Counted from the stretch's first letter, positions 8,703 to 18,252 are shown. The stretch is 32,000 bases of DNA from Candidatus Thorarchaeota archaeon (GCA_048882505.1 JBHLRO010000016.1:1-32000), one strand, 5' to 3'. Numbers and translations: made by a program. The notes: generated by a model from the sequence alone, not told the origin.

Positions 8703-9746
8703 TTATCCCTTCTTAACCAGATTCGTAAAATCCTCATCTGCCATTTGCTCTAGATCAGAAACCTTTACAACAATGAAATGACGAGATTTTTTTGATTGAC
8801 TAATTGATTCTGGAGAATCATCTTCAATGAACCAAATGGTTTTTTTTCTTAGAAAATTGGAAAGTTTGTCAAGAAGGGTTATACGAACAGTGTCATTTCG
8901 GTCATCACTTTCAACTCCAGTGATGATCGGATAATCAGCATCCATTGATTCCTTGGTGGTTGTGAGATCGATTGTGGGGGCTGAGAAACCGTCAAACGGC
9001 TCAGATTTCTTAAACCAAAACACATTAAAGTTCTTATCTTTGAGATACATATCTATTTCTTTTTGTAATTGTGAATGAGGCTGTGTGAATGCTTTTAATG
9101 GGTTTTTCTGAAGAGCCTTATACTCCGTCTCCAATATATCCAAAGGGGCATCTAGATCGTCGCCTCCTAACGCATTGACTAAAGTATTGTAATTTGACAA
9201 TTTAGGGGAAGTCTGTCCTTTTTCATAACGATAAAGAGACAGACGAGACAGTCCTATTTGTTGCGATAGAATAGTTAAACTCAGCTTTAGTTGTTTTCTC
9301 TTCTGTTTTAGCCGTTTTTCCGAAATATTGACATATATCCCACCACGATGGGCATACTGTGAGATTTTAGCAACTTGTATCCCCTTTTCATACTGAAGGT
9401 ACTTATGCAAAGTCGGCAACGAGACCGCAGAAACATCGTGTCTCCGATAAAGCGTAGCATCTTCCATACTTTTTCCTGCGGCGGCATGGGCCACTACTAG
9501 AGGAAAACCCGAAATAAGCTTGGAGATCAGCTGTAGTTCTATCGAAGCTTGTTTCTTGAACATGTCTAGATCGACAAAGACCTTTGTAACAATTTTTTTC
9601 GATGTCAAATGATGATTCTTTTTAGCGATAAAATCGAAGGCGCTTGATTCAATTGTAGCATCAGAAAGGGCATATCCTGCCTGCTGAAATTCTATCTTTA
9701 CGTCATCTGTCAGTATTTCTTTGGTTACTGGTTTTTGAAGGGACAT
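8703..9746 (-). CDS. Archaeal HTH transcriptional regulator (COG1395/MJ1164-like)
   Basis: SAFDFIAKK and KVFVDLD nuclease-like N-domain; HRGGIYVNI followed by an XRE HTH (LSLTILSQQIGLSRLSLYRYEKG). Confidence 0.8.
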   Translation of the reverse strand: MSLQKPVTKEILTDDVKIEFQQAGYALSDATIESSAFDFIAKKNHHLTSKKIVTKVFVDLDMFKKQASIELQLISKLISGFPLVVAHAAAGKSMEDATLYRRHDVSAVSLPTLHKYLQYEKGIQVAKISQYAHRGGIYVNISEKRLKQKRKQLKLSLTILSQQIGLSRLSLYRYEKGQTSPKLSNYNTLVNALGGDDLDAPLDILETEYKALQKNPLKAFTQPHSQLQKEIDMYLKDKNFNVFWFKKSEPFDGFSAPTIDLTTTKESMDADYPIITGVESDDRNDTVRITLLDKLSNFLRKKTIWFIEDDSPESISQSKKSRHFIVVKVSDLEQMADEDFTNLVKKG

Positions 9747-9788
9747 CGGAGTTCCAAGAAAGGATTTTCTCAGGTTTATTCATGACTA

Positions 9789-9924
9789 TGGTGGACCGAC
9801 CGGGACTTGAACCCGGGGGCTCTGCCTGTTTCGGAAATCCACCCTTTTTGGATCAATTGCGAAGACAGCGTGATACCAACTTCACGTAGATACGAGTTCT
9901 CTCGCTCTATTTCACTATCGGCCC
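9789..9924 (-). tRNA. tRNA-Ala(CGC) with two introns (D-arm, best fit 14/15: 9910-9881, 30 nt; 37/38: 9857-9828, 30 nt); CCA encoded
   Basis: Acceptor GGGCCGA/TCGGTCC with the G3-U70 Ala determinant; D-stem GTGA/TCAC; loop TT-CGC-AA; T-arm CCGGG-TTCAAGT-CCCGG; canonical BHB helix TTCG/CGAA. Spliced length is exactly 76 nt. Confidence 0.92.
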
Positions 9925-10107
9925 AGAGATTCATATTATTTCTCTAGAAACGTGCTTTTTACGGATTGACAAACCTAATCTGTCGCTTGTTTTTAAAAAA
10001 CTAAAAGATTTTCTCATTTCACAGTCTGTGTAGACGGTGGATTATCGGTGTACAAATCAATTTTCAAGCGAACAATGAGAAGAAAATAGAGAAGAGGAAG
10101 ATGTTGA

Positions 10108-10425
10108 TCAACCAAATAGGGCAGACAGCCCTAGATCGTCACCCTCATCTTCTTCATCGCTTTCTTCGGATTCATCCCCAGTTTCTGCTTCGGCATCAGT
10201 TTTACTCTGGGCAGCACCTGCAGCAGCTCCTGATACTCCAGCTGGCATTAGAGATGCACCTTTGATTGCTTCTTCTATATCAATGGACTCTAATGTAGCA
10301 ACGAGGGCTTTTACCTTTCCTTGATCGGGTGTTCCTCCAGCCGCCTTGATGATTGACTCAATTCCTTTCTCGGTGATTTCTTTGCCAGATGAATGTAAAA
10401 CTAACGCAGCATGTAAATATTGCAT
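10108..10425 (-). CDS. rpl12: 50S ribosomal stalk protein P1/L12 (aP1)
   Basis: MQYLHAALVLH, acidic hinge, C-terminal GLSALFG; GGAGGT upstream of ATG 10425 (shorter than the ORF-track call). Confidence 0.96.
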   Translation of the reverse strand: MQYLHAALVLHSSGKEITEKGIESIIKAAGGTPDQGKVKALVATLESIDIEEAIKGASLMPAGVSGAAAGAAQSKTDAEAETGDESEESDEEDEGDDLGLSALFG

Positions 10426-10630
10426 GTTCAGGGTAACCTCCATACATATCTTGACGATAATTGGCATGTTGGAGCGTTTAAGTGTTCCTAGCGCTATTGA
10501 GTTGTGTTGAGTGTATTTTCCAACTCCATATTAACGCTTAGGACATCTTTTCTGCTTATTTGGTCGGCGGTTCAAGCGGCTTAAGAAAGTTGGTCTCTAT
10601 AGAAAGAAAAGGTTCCAGAAGAAGAGATAA

Positions 10631-10712
10631 TGGGCACGGTCGGATTTGAACCGACGATTTCTGGACACCCTGCTTTCTGCGGGGGTGACACCAGGTTTCC
10701 TCTTTTTTCCAG
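10631..10712 (-). pseudogene. tRNA 3' part / tRNA-like element of unresolved identity (possibly Pro-like); no complementary 5' acceptor strand nearby
   Basis: Perfect T-arm GTCGG-TTCAAAT-CCGAC, acceptor 3' strand CGTGCCC plus A73, upstream TCCAG complementary to CTGGA at 10712-10708, and an intron-like hairpin with a CCTG/CAGG helix. No GGGCACG-like strand within about 250 nt upstream or 130 nt downstream. Confidence 0.6.
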
Positions 10713-10812
10713 AACTTCATCATGAGGTCAGTAAACCTAGTGGAGTTCATAGGAGGTGATATAGAACTACGAGCTGAATTGAAGTGAACTTCGAGATGAT
10801 ATATGGAATATG

Positions 10813-10883
10813 TATATAAAGATCTAGAATATGTTCGCCATAATTTCCGAAAATATGCGGAGTATAATCGGCACATTTATATA
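10813..10883. promoter_or_regulatory. Divergent TATA boxes (minus strand 10820-10813; plus strand 10876-10883)
   Basis: TTTATATA on each strand. The plus copy lies 28 nt before ATG 10912; the minus copy faces the tRNA-like element. Confidence 0.55.
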
Positions 10884-10911
10884 GTATTGTAATTTTTCTT
10901 TCTTGAGAACG

Positions 10912-12423
10912 ATGAGTGTTGATATTGATATCATTCAATTTCTGAGGACATGGAATCCTTGGTGGACAACCAATGAAGTACCCGGAAGTCTACTGGAACG
11001 CTTCAAACGAAGAGACTTTTATGTCATTTCTGAACGGATAGAGGAAAGACAAATTCTCTCATTGACTGGCCTTCGAAGAGTAGGTAAAACAACCTTGATT
11101 TATCAATTAATTGATCATCTATTAACAGAATTACATATTCCTGCGAAAAACATCTTGTTTATTAGTCTTGAAAACCCCTATCTGAAAACATTAAAGGTTC
11201 CTTTTCAGAGTATTATGGCATTATATGGAAAGTCAATTGTAGGTCATGATATCTTTGATCTCACATCGGAGATAGAAAGTCAGCCAATTTATGTTTTTTT
11301 GGACGAGGTTCATTATTGGCCTGACTGGGAACGGGAACTTAAGGTCATTTATGATAGAAAAATCCCAATAAAGTTTATTGTTTCTGGGTCATCCAGTCTT
11401 CATCTTCATTCAAAATCGTCTGAATCCCTTGTTGGAAGAATTGATCATCAATTGATTTTTCCGTTTAAATTTCTCGAGATCTGTAGATTCACTTGCCAAA
11501 ACGATAAACCAAAAGACATACAGGCAATGAGGAAGCTCAATGAATTTAACTGGGAGTTTCGGGGGAGTATCAAAACCAGTGTTCTCCGGGATTCATTAAC
11601 GCCAATCACATCTTTTCTTGATAGGACGCAACCCTATTGGATTATCCAGAGCGATTTCTGGAAGCGACTCCTAGACGACTATTTGGTTCGAGGAGGATTT
11701 CCCGAAACGTTTAGCCAGGATTTGGCCCGCGCTCGTAATTATATTCGCACCTTTATTGAGCTGGTAATACATAAAGATGTTCGTGATGTATACTGGAACA
11801 TCAGACATATAGACAAGTTCAAACAATTGTTTCTTTGGATTACACGAGAATCTTCGTCACGAAGCAATATTATATCGTTAGCAAAAAACATTGGTATTGA
11901 CCGTGATACTATTCAGAAGTATTTAGAAGCGTTAGAATCTGTTTACCTAGTAAATAGGTCCCCTTATTATACGAGGAGCACTTCTAAAGTAATTAGGTCT
12001 CAGATAAAATTTTATGTGACTGACATTGGAGTACAATCAGCATATCTGAATCTCCCCTTACAGATTCATTCTTATGATGGGGAAACCCTAGGAAAGGTTG
12101 TGGAAACATTGGTAAGTGATCACATTAGACGACTCAAATTCAATTTAGAATTTGGGTTATCAACAGCCCTTTACTATTGGTATGATCGCAAACAAAGACA
12201 GAAAGAAGTGGATATTGTCTTTGAGTTATCCCAGAAACCTATCCCTGTTGAGGTAAAATATCAAAACAAGGTTGACAAACGGGATCTGAAAGGCATTAGA
12301 CGGTTCCAAGATATCTATCCTGAGAGTCCTTTTGGGATCGTGGTGAGTAAAGATACTCTTGATTATTCATCAAATGAAAAAATAATCATCCTTCCACTAT
12401 GGTTATTTCTTATAGCGCCCTGA
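10912..12423 (+). CDS. AAA+ ATPase, AAA_14 + DUF4143 (COG1373) family
   Basis: WNPWW; GLRRVGKTT Walker A; FLDEVH Walker B; SGSS; GGFPE; C-terminal KEVDIV...PVEVKY nuclease-like motif. ATG at 10912 preferred over 10903. Confidence 0.9.
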   Translation: MSVDIDIIQFLRTWNPWWTTNEVPGSLLERFKRRDFYVISERIEERQILSLTGLRRVGKTTLIYQLIDHLLTELHIPAKNILFISLENPYLKTLKVPFQSIMALYGKSIVGHDIFDLTSEIESQPIYVFLDEVHYWPDWERELKVIYDRKIPIKFIVSGSSSLHLHSKSSESLVGRIDHQLIFPFKFLEICRFTCQNDKPKDIQAMRKLNEFNWEFRGSIKTSVLRDSLTPITSFLDRTQPYWIIQSDFWKRLLDDYLVRGGFPETFSQDLARARNYIRTFIELVIHKDVRDVYWNIRHIDKFKQLFLWITRESSSRSNIISLAKNIGIDRDTIQKYLEALESVYLVNRSPYYTRSTSKVIRSQIKFYVTDIGVQSAYLNLPLQIHSYDGETLGKVVETLVSDHIRRLKFNLEFGLSTALYYWYDRKQRQKEVDIVFELSQKPIPVEVKYQNKVDKRDLKGIRRFQDIYPESPFGIVVSKDTLDYSSNEKIIILPLWLFLIAP

Positions 12424-12574
12424 ATAGTATTCAAGGGTCGTGACCGTAACTTTCGATTCTCAAATTTTCATAACTTTTTCTAAAACATCCTTAACTTCAT
12501 CAGAAGGTTCAAACAAGGATCCATAATATTTTCATTACCAGGAATAGCGAATAATATCAAGTTTAGGTGTTTAA

Positions 12575-13860
12575 GAAGAGAGGGGTCATTGGAATTTCAA
12601 GTCTTTAGCTCCGTTTCTTTCCAACCAGGTTTTTGGTACCATTCTTTTACTGTGAGGATACGAAGTGCTGAAACAGGTGCACGTATTTCGGACAGAACGT
12701 ATTTGGATCAAACCCCATCCAATGTTACGTAAATTATGTCATCTTTCCAAAAACGTATTTAATGAGGCCAATTATTTCATCCGTCAAATATATTTTGCAA
12801 CGGGCACCTGGATAAAGTCAGGGGAATTCCAGGATCACTTAGAAGCCTCTATCAATTTTCAAACGCTACCACGATCTACTGCTCTCAAAATTCTCTCCAT
12901 TGTTGAGGCTACTTGGAAATCATTTTTTGCAGCGTCAAGAGATTGGAAAGTACACCCTGAGAAATATTATCGACAACCGCGTCCACCCAAATACAAACGA
13001 AAAGACGGTGAATTTCTACTGTGGTTCTCTAAAGTCCAACTTTCAATTACAGATGGGCGCCTCCACATCCCGTCTCTGCCCCATCTTCAACTTCAACTAC
13101 GACTAACATCCTTCCAATCTGTCCTCGGCATTCGAATTGTTCCCCAAGGTGTAGGTTATGTGGTCGAGATTCTCTATAAGAAAAAGGTACCTGCTACGTC
13201 TACGAGTGCTCCAAAACGGATTGTAGGGATTGATTTAGGCTTGGTCAACCTCATAACTCTGGTCAACAATATTGGACAAAAACCAATTGCTGTTAAAGGT
13301 GGGGTAGCGAAGTCGATCAATCAATTCTACAATAAGGAACGGGCGCATTTACAGGGTATCTATTCACGACAAGGGATCACCACGGGTACCAAACTCTTCC
13401 GACTCAATTCTAAGCGAAAACGAAAATTTAACCACTATTTTCACGAGGTCAGCCGCTTTATAGTTGATTGGTGTAAGGCCCATCACATTGATACCCTCAT
13501 TATAGGTCGGAACAAACACTGGAAACAAGGAATTCATTTGGGTAAAAAAACCACGCAGAATTTCATCTTTATCCCCTTTCAGGAACTTATCAAGAAGATA
13601 CACTACAAGGCCACCGCTGTTGGAATTCGGGTATGGTATACGGATGAATCGTACACTAGCAAGTGCAGTTTCTTAGATGCAGAACCTATTGCACGGCAGC
13701 AAGAATATCTAGGAGCCCGTGTCACAAGGGGACTGTTTCAATCCCAGAATGGCACAATCATCAATAGTGATGTGAATGGGGGCTATAACATTGTGAAAAA
13801 AGCAGTCCCGAATGCGTTTGCAGACGGGATAGAGGGTGTGTGGTTACACCCGATCAGATG
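12575..13860 (+). mobile_element. Non-autonomous IS200/IS605-type (IS1341-like) element; ends approximate
   Basis: Solo tnpB with no tnpA nearby; hairpins TCCCG-AATGCGTTTGCAGA-CGGGA (13806-13829) and GGGTGT-GTGGTT-ACACCC (13834-13851) at the 3' end. The left boundary is only a guess (after TTTAA at 12570-12574). Confidence 0.5.
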
Positions 13861-13909
13861 GAGAGCCAAGGAGCAACCTGGCTTATTAATTGCTGATAAA
13901 AGTGGATGA
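12665..13909 (+). CDS. tnpB: TnpB RNA-guided endonuclease (IS200/IS605 OrfB) with rearranged RuvC-II and no Zn finger
   Basis: LCHLSKNVFNEANY N-terminal helix; GIDLG (RuvC-I); IIGRNKHWKQ lacking Glu; DESYTSKCS; NSDVNGGYNI (RuvC-III). Confidence 0.92.
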   Translation: MLKQVHVFRTERIWIKPHPMLRKLCHLSKNVFNEANYFIRQIYFATGTWIKSGEFQDHLEASINFQTLPRSTALKILSIVEATWKSFFAASRDWKVHPEKYYRQPRPPKYKRKDGEFLLWFSKVQLSITDGRLHIPSLPHLQLQLRLTSFQSVLGIRIVPQGVGYVVEILYKKKVPATSTSAPKRIVGIDLGLVNLITLVNNIGQKPIAVKGGVAKSINQFYNKERAHLQGIYSRQGITTGTKLFRLNSKRKRKFNHYFHEVSRFIVDWCKAHHIDTLIIGRNKHWKQGIHLGKKTTQNFIFIPFQELIKKIHYKATAVGIRVWYTDESYTSKCSFLDAEPIARQQEYLGARVTRGLFQSQNGTIINSDVNGGYNIVKKAVPNAFADGIEGVWLHPIRWRAKEQPGLLIADKSG

Positions 13910-14226
13910 AAACAGCTTTTCGTCGCTATAACTCTATATAACTGTTTCGAGAATCCTCCACCCTTTTTTAAGCTAAACTTTGTCATTTGCAACCATATTG
14001 ATAATCATTGGTCTCATAAATCGTCGTAAATGGATTTTTCTCGGTTCTCAGGATCAAGACCTGTCTTCTAAACCAGAAAAAGTATTTTTTTATAGTCTAT
14101 ACAGAAAACCTGGGAAATCAGGTGAATCGGCACGCTGGATGTTTACGATCAAATGGTTTGTGATATTTGCTTTTCTACCTTTAAAAGGGTAAAGCACCTT
14201 GATAGGGAAAAATCGAGGTTTTCCTT

Positions 14227-16458
14227 ATGACTCTTAAAAACACCGATATTTCGGATCACTTGATACTTGAAGGGAACCTTCCTCGGCAGGAGCCCCCTGA
14301 AACGGATTACTCCGCCCACTCTTATGTTGATTTGCTAGATAAATATGCCGCCGCCGCGATGAAGGGCTTTCTTCAGACTCAACGTCCTTTAATCGAGTTA
14401 GAACAACTACTACGATCAGGACACCAGTTTTTCATCCTTACGGGAGGCACGGCGCGCGGGAAAACGCGGGCGGCCCTCCTCTATCTCCTACACGAGACCT
14501 GGAAACACCAGACGTATGGATTAGCCATTGTCCGCAGTCGCTCCGACGGCGAGGAACTCCGGAAAAAATGTGCTAAATACCTAAAGTTGCTGGACGATCC
14601 ACGACGGGTTGTGACCTATTACGGGGGTCGAGATCAGGACGAGAAAAATCAGAAATTGCGTAAGGAAATCAAACAGAAATTGAAGGGGAAACCCCGAATT
14701 GCTCTATTGATCACCACACTCTTTAAATATGACCAGTCGTTAACTGCTCACTCTGAACTGGGAGCATCAGCTCATACCAAGTACCTCGAGAAACTGGCAT
14801 CTCCTGGGGACTGGGGAGAAACCTTTGCAAGTGCCGGAGTGAGCTGGTTTAAGAAATTAGCCAGTCCTGCTTTCGTGTTTCTGGACGAAATTGATTCTTA
14901 CCCCCTTCATATGATTTATTGTTTAGCTATGATTGTTCGGATGATCCGCTGGCAGGACACGGAAACCCGAGTTATCCTCTCCTCCGCCACCCTTAGTAAT
15001 CCCGAAGATTTGGCGGAGATGTTTTTTGGACAGAATGCCGCTTTTCTCCATCTATCTGGGACGGGACGGCGTGGCCCCACTCAAGTCAAGGTTTATTATG
15101 AGAAGAACCCCCAAGAACTGCTATGGGAGCGATGTGGGGCCATTCATACCTATATTGGCGCCGAACTCAAAGAAATCAAACCTGGTAAACGCCACATCCC
15201 CCGAAAAATCATTCTCTTCATCAATAATAAACGCGACATTGATACTCATCGGATTATTGGCACATTCACCGATAATTTCGTCACGGTTCACGGTGACATG
15301 CCTACCGAACTCATAGCGCAGAATCTCAAAGAATTTCGCGAAAAAGCCCTGAAAATCTGTTTAGTGGCAACCAATATTGCTCAATCCGCCCTGAACGTCT
15401 CGAATGTATTTTGGGTGGTGGGGTATGGTGTCCCCAATGATGTGCGACAGTATCGCCAGCAACGCGGGCGCGGCAGCCGCAACCCTGACCAACCAGGGTA
15501 CCTCGATATTATTCTCCGCGCCACCCATACCCATGAGGTGGAACTGGCAAATCCACAGAAATTGGACGCCTGTCGCACGTTCATTCTTGGTGATACGCCC
15601 ACCCCCTTGAAGATTCCCCGTTTTACCTCTGTGGGGTTAAAGTATGGTATCATAATCGGGCTCGTGTTTGGGTTTTGGGATGTCCGAGCTCGGTTGAAGA
15701 AAGAGCTGGCCAGCAACGGGAATTTCGAGGTTATACAGGCCTTGGGCCAAGCTTATTTGGATTTGCTCCTAGCTGGGAAAGTTACGGTGGGATCTGAGGA
15801 GCGGATCAGGCCTACCCCTTACACCAGACACTGGGTGTATAATTTTCCAGATCAATTTAGCACTGAACCTTACACCGTAGCTCTGAGACAAAAAGATGGG
15901 ACAGAAAAAAAGCTAGGCACGATCAGCCTCTTGCATCTCCTCCGATCGGGCCTCCCCTCGCAGATATTCCCCTATATCAATGAAAATCTGAAGATAATCT
16001 CCATCATCCCGTGGGAACGAAAAGTAATTGTTGAGCGGGCTTTTCAACCTCTCGAGTATTATCACAACCAGGTTGAAACTACTCTCGAGATAACCAAAAC
16101 CGTGGCCTATCATCCTGAAGCTGAGATCGGGTTGGTGGAGGTTTTAGAGCGCCATCAGGTGACATTTTTAGGAGTTGATAAGCGTTCGAGGGCTGAACTC
16201 GAGCCTTATTATCCTTTTCAGGCATTAGCGGCAGATCAAGATTTCAAGGCGATTTTTCTTCCCAAACGAATCACTCTCCCCGTTGTCAACCAGATGAACC
16301 AGCTATATGACCATCTGAATCTTGATCATGGCTCTTTCAGGCAAGTACGATGTCGACATGAAAAATATGGAGCTGGAACGATATTCACTGACACCACACA
16401 CCTGGGGTTGGCGGAGATGATGTATGAACAGTGGTTGGTTTTGGAGGAGGAGTTTTAA
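14227..16458 (+). CDS. SF2 DExD/H helicase, YprA/Hrq1/SftH-like, with truncated DUF1998-like C-terminus
   Basis: GTARGKT (I), FLDEIDSY (II), SSATLSNP (III), HGDM, VATN (V), QRGRGSR (VI); C-terminal TIFTDTTHLGLAEMMYEQW without the terminal Cys cluster. Confidence 0.8.
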   Translation: MTLKNTDISDHLILEGNLPRQEPPETDYSAHSYVDLLDKYAAAAMKGFLQTQRPLIELEQLLRSGHQFFILTGGTARGKTRAALLYLLHETWKHQTYGLAIVRSRSDGEELRKKCAKYLKLLDDPRRVVTYYGGRDQDEKNQKLRKEIKQKLKGKPRIALLITTLFKYDQSLTAHSELGASAHTKYLEKLASPGDWGETFASAGVSWFKKLASPAFVFLDEIDSYPLHMIYCLAMIVRMIRWQDTETRVILSSATLSNPEDLAEMFFGQNAAFLHLSGTGRRGPTQVKVYYEKNPQELLWERCGAIHTYIGAELKEIKPGKRHIPRKIILFINNKRDIDTHRIIGTFTDNFVTVHGDMPTELIAQNLKEFREKALKICLVATNIAQSALNVSNVFWVVGYGVPNDVRQYRQQRGRGSRNPDQPGYLDIILRATHTHEVELANPQKLDACRTFILGDTPTPLKIPRFTSVGLKYGIIIGLVFGFWDVRARLKKELASNGNFEVIQALGQAYLDLLLAGKVTVGSEERIRPTPYTRHWVYNFPDQFSTEPYTVALRQKDGTEKKLGTISLLHLLRSGLPSQIFPYINENLKIISIIPWERKVIVERAFQPLEYYHNQVETTLEITKTVAYHPEAEIGLVEVLERHQVTFLGVDKRSRAELEPYYPFQALAADQDFKAIFLPKRITLPVVNQMNQLYDHLNLDHGSFRQVRCRHEKYGAGTIFTDTTHLGLAEMMYEQWLVLEEEF

Positions 16459-16461
16459 GGC

Positions 16462-17223
16462 ATGAGCGATCGATTGGCCCGCTACCTTCGGGATTATTTG
16501 TATTCGATTGCATTCTTGGCCGATCTGCATCTGGATGGCACTCCCATCCGTATCCGAGGCCAGAAGGTAGATTTTCGAGAGTTTTGTTATTTCCTCCTCA
16601 CTCCCCTCACGCAGGCTTCCCTCATCGTTTTCCTTGGGGATACAATTGAAGGCATTGGGGAAAAAAAGGATTATCCTAAAGCGCGGGCGCAACTGTTCAT
16701 CCTATATGAAGTGCTAGAGGATTTGGAGCGACTACAGCGTTCGATCTTTGTTCTGGGCAACCATGACCACGATGACCGCTATTTTACCTGGCGACATCCA
16801 ATTCGGATCCATTCAGAACTCATTCTCCCCCTTCTCCCGTACCAAAATCTCATCATCATCCATGGCCATAATACAGGCCTTGAAAAATTCGAGGAGAAGG
16901 CCCAGCTTACCAAGGAGGACATGACTAGCTGGCGTGGAAAATTAAGATACAACGCCCTTGAGGATAATACGACACGCAAAAAAGTGGGCATCAAAGACAT
17001 TGTGGTGGCAGGACACACCCATAGACTGGCGGGATGGTGTGATCGGACTCGTGACAACTCACTGGGTGTCCCCCCCGTACGCAAATTTTGGGAGACCACT
17101 CCACAGAGTAAGCAGGGATGGGTAGGGTTCTTTGGGTTTGGGACGTACGATGAACCCAGCGAGTCTTTAATCGCCATTGAAAACCCTACCAGCCCTGAGG
17201 CCTTCCAGGCTCTCTTGGACTAG
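16462..17223 (+). CDS. Calcineurin-like metallophosphoesterase
   Basis: ADLH, GD, GNHD, HGH and GHTH motifs all present; starts 3 nt after the helicase stop. Confidence 0.9.
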   Translation: MSDRLARYLRDYLYSIAFLADLHLDGTPIRIRGQKVDFREFCYFLLTPLTQASLIVFLGDTIEGIGEKKDYPKARAQLFILYEVLEDLERLQRSIFVLGNHDHDDRYFTWRHPIRIHSELILPLLPYQNLIIIHGHNTGLEKFEEKAQLTKEDMTSWRGKLRYNALEDNTTRKKVGIKDIVVAGHTHRLAGWCDRTRDNSLGVPPVRKFWETTPQSKQGWVGFFGFGTYDEPSESLIAIENPTSPEAFQALLD

Positions 17224-17407
17224 AAACATACTACTTCCATTTCTTCTCGATAGATTCATCTTTTGTCCTCGTCTCCCAAACATTCATTTTGTAACCTTTC
17301 AGCTGTAATAGGCTTATTTTTTGGATGTTGATGGTGTAATTCAGGAGCCTAAGCTAAGGATGCGTCTCATAAATGATAATAACTGATCATTTGTGCCCTC
17401 AATTTGT

Positions 17408-18202
17408 TTAGTAATCTTCTTTGTGAGATAAACGAAGTTTTTTCCCACAACCAGAGCAATAGCGAACATCTTCCTTACCAAAGCAGTCGGAACAGAATGA
17501 AGCGAATTGTTGAGGTTTTATTTCCCCTATAATTTCACCATCTTTCATTTCATATTTTTTATCTCCGATTTGTGCGATTCCAGGGTCATGTGTAACTAAA
17601 ATGATTGTTTTACCGAATTCTTTACTCAAATTTGTAAAAATATCTGACAAAACCTTAGAATTTTCGCTATCCAATTCACCTGTTGGTTCATCCGCAAGAA
17701 TTAATTTTGGATCATTTGCTAATGCTACCAAAACCGCGATTCGTTGTCGTTCACCTCCTGATAAAGCATGTGGAGGGTGATTAGCACGATTTCTCATGTG
17801 AACCCATGATAAGAGCTCATTTGTTCTTTTTATTCTTTCCTCACGGGCCATCCCCAAAATTCTCATGGGGAGTTCAACATTTTCTTTAGCTGTCAAAATA
17901 GGGCTTAAATTTTCAAACTGAAACACAAAACCTACGTCTGATTTACGATATTCAGCTAAATCACCTTCAGATAATTCGTTTAGAATGCGATCGCAGCTAA
18001 GGATTGTTCCGGCAGTGGGATTATCAATTCCCCCGATTAAATGTAATAAGGTCGATTTCCCGCTACCCGAGACCCCCATAAACGTTATTAATTCTCCCGA
18101 ATATACTTCAAGATCAACTCGATTTACTGCGAAGATGTCAGATTCACCCATATGGAAAATTTTAGTTAAATCTGTTGTTTGCACTATTATACTTTCACTC
18201 AA
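17408..18202 (-). CDS. ABC transporter ATP-binding protein (LolD/MacB family) with C-terminal double zinc ribbon
   Basis: GVSGSGKST, LSGGERQR, LADEPTG, VTHD; C-terminal CSDC...CSGC. Confidence 0.95.
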   Translation of the reverse strand: MSESIIVQTTDLTKIFHMGESDIFAVNRVDLEVYSGELITFMGVSGSGKSTLLHLIGGIDNPTAGTILSCDRILNELSEGDLAEYRKSDVGFVFQFENLSPILTAKENVELPMRILGMAREERIKRTNELLSWVHMRNRANHPPHALSGGERQRIAVLVALANDPKLILADEPTGELDSENSKVLSDIFTNLSKEFGKTIILVTHDPGIAQIGDKKYEMKDGEIIGEIKPQQFASFCSDCFGKEDVRYCSGCGKKLRLSHKEDY

Positions 18203-18252
18203 CCTAAAACACCTATCTTGATGTCTAATTATCGATTAAATGGTAAGAAATA

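Noticed and set aside
10751-10760. 16S rRNA gene fragment
   Set aside because: Only the 10-nt tail matches; no flanking rRNA sequence.
10556-10938. ORF-track ORFs 10556-10876 and 10747-10938
   Set aside because: They overlap the tRNA-like element, promoters and the AAA gene start, and have no recognisable motifs.
13980-14192. 70-aa ORF between tnpB and the helicase
   Set aside because: TTG start, no motif, composition like intergenic DNA; unsupported.
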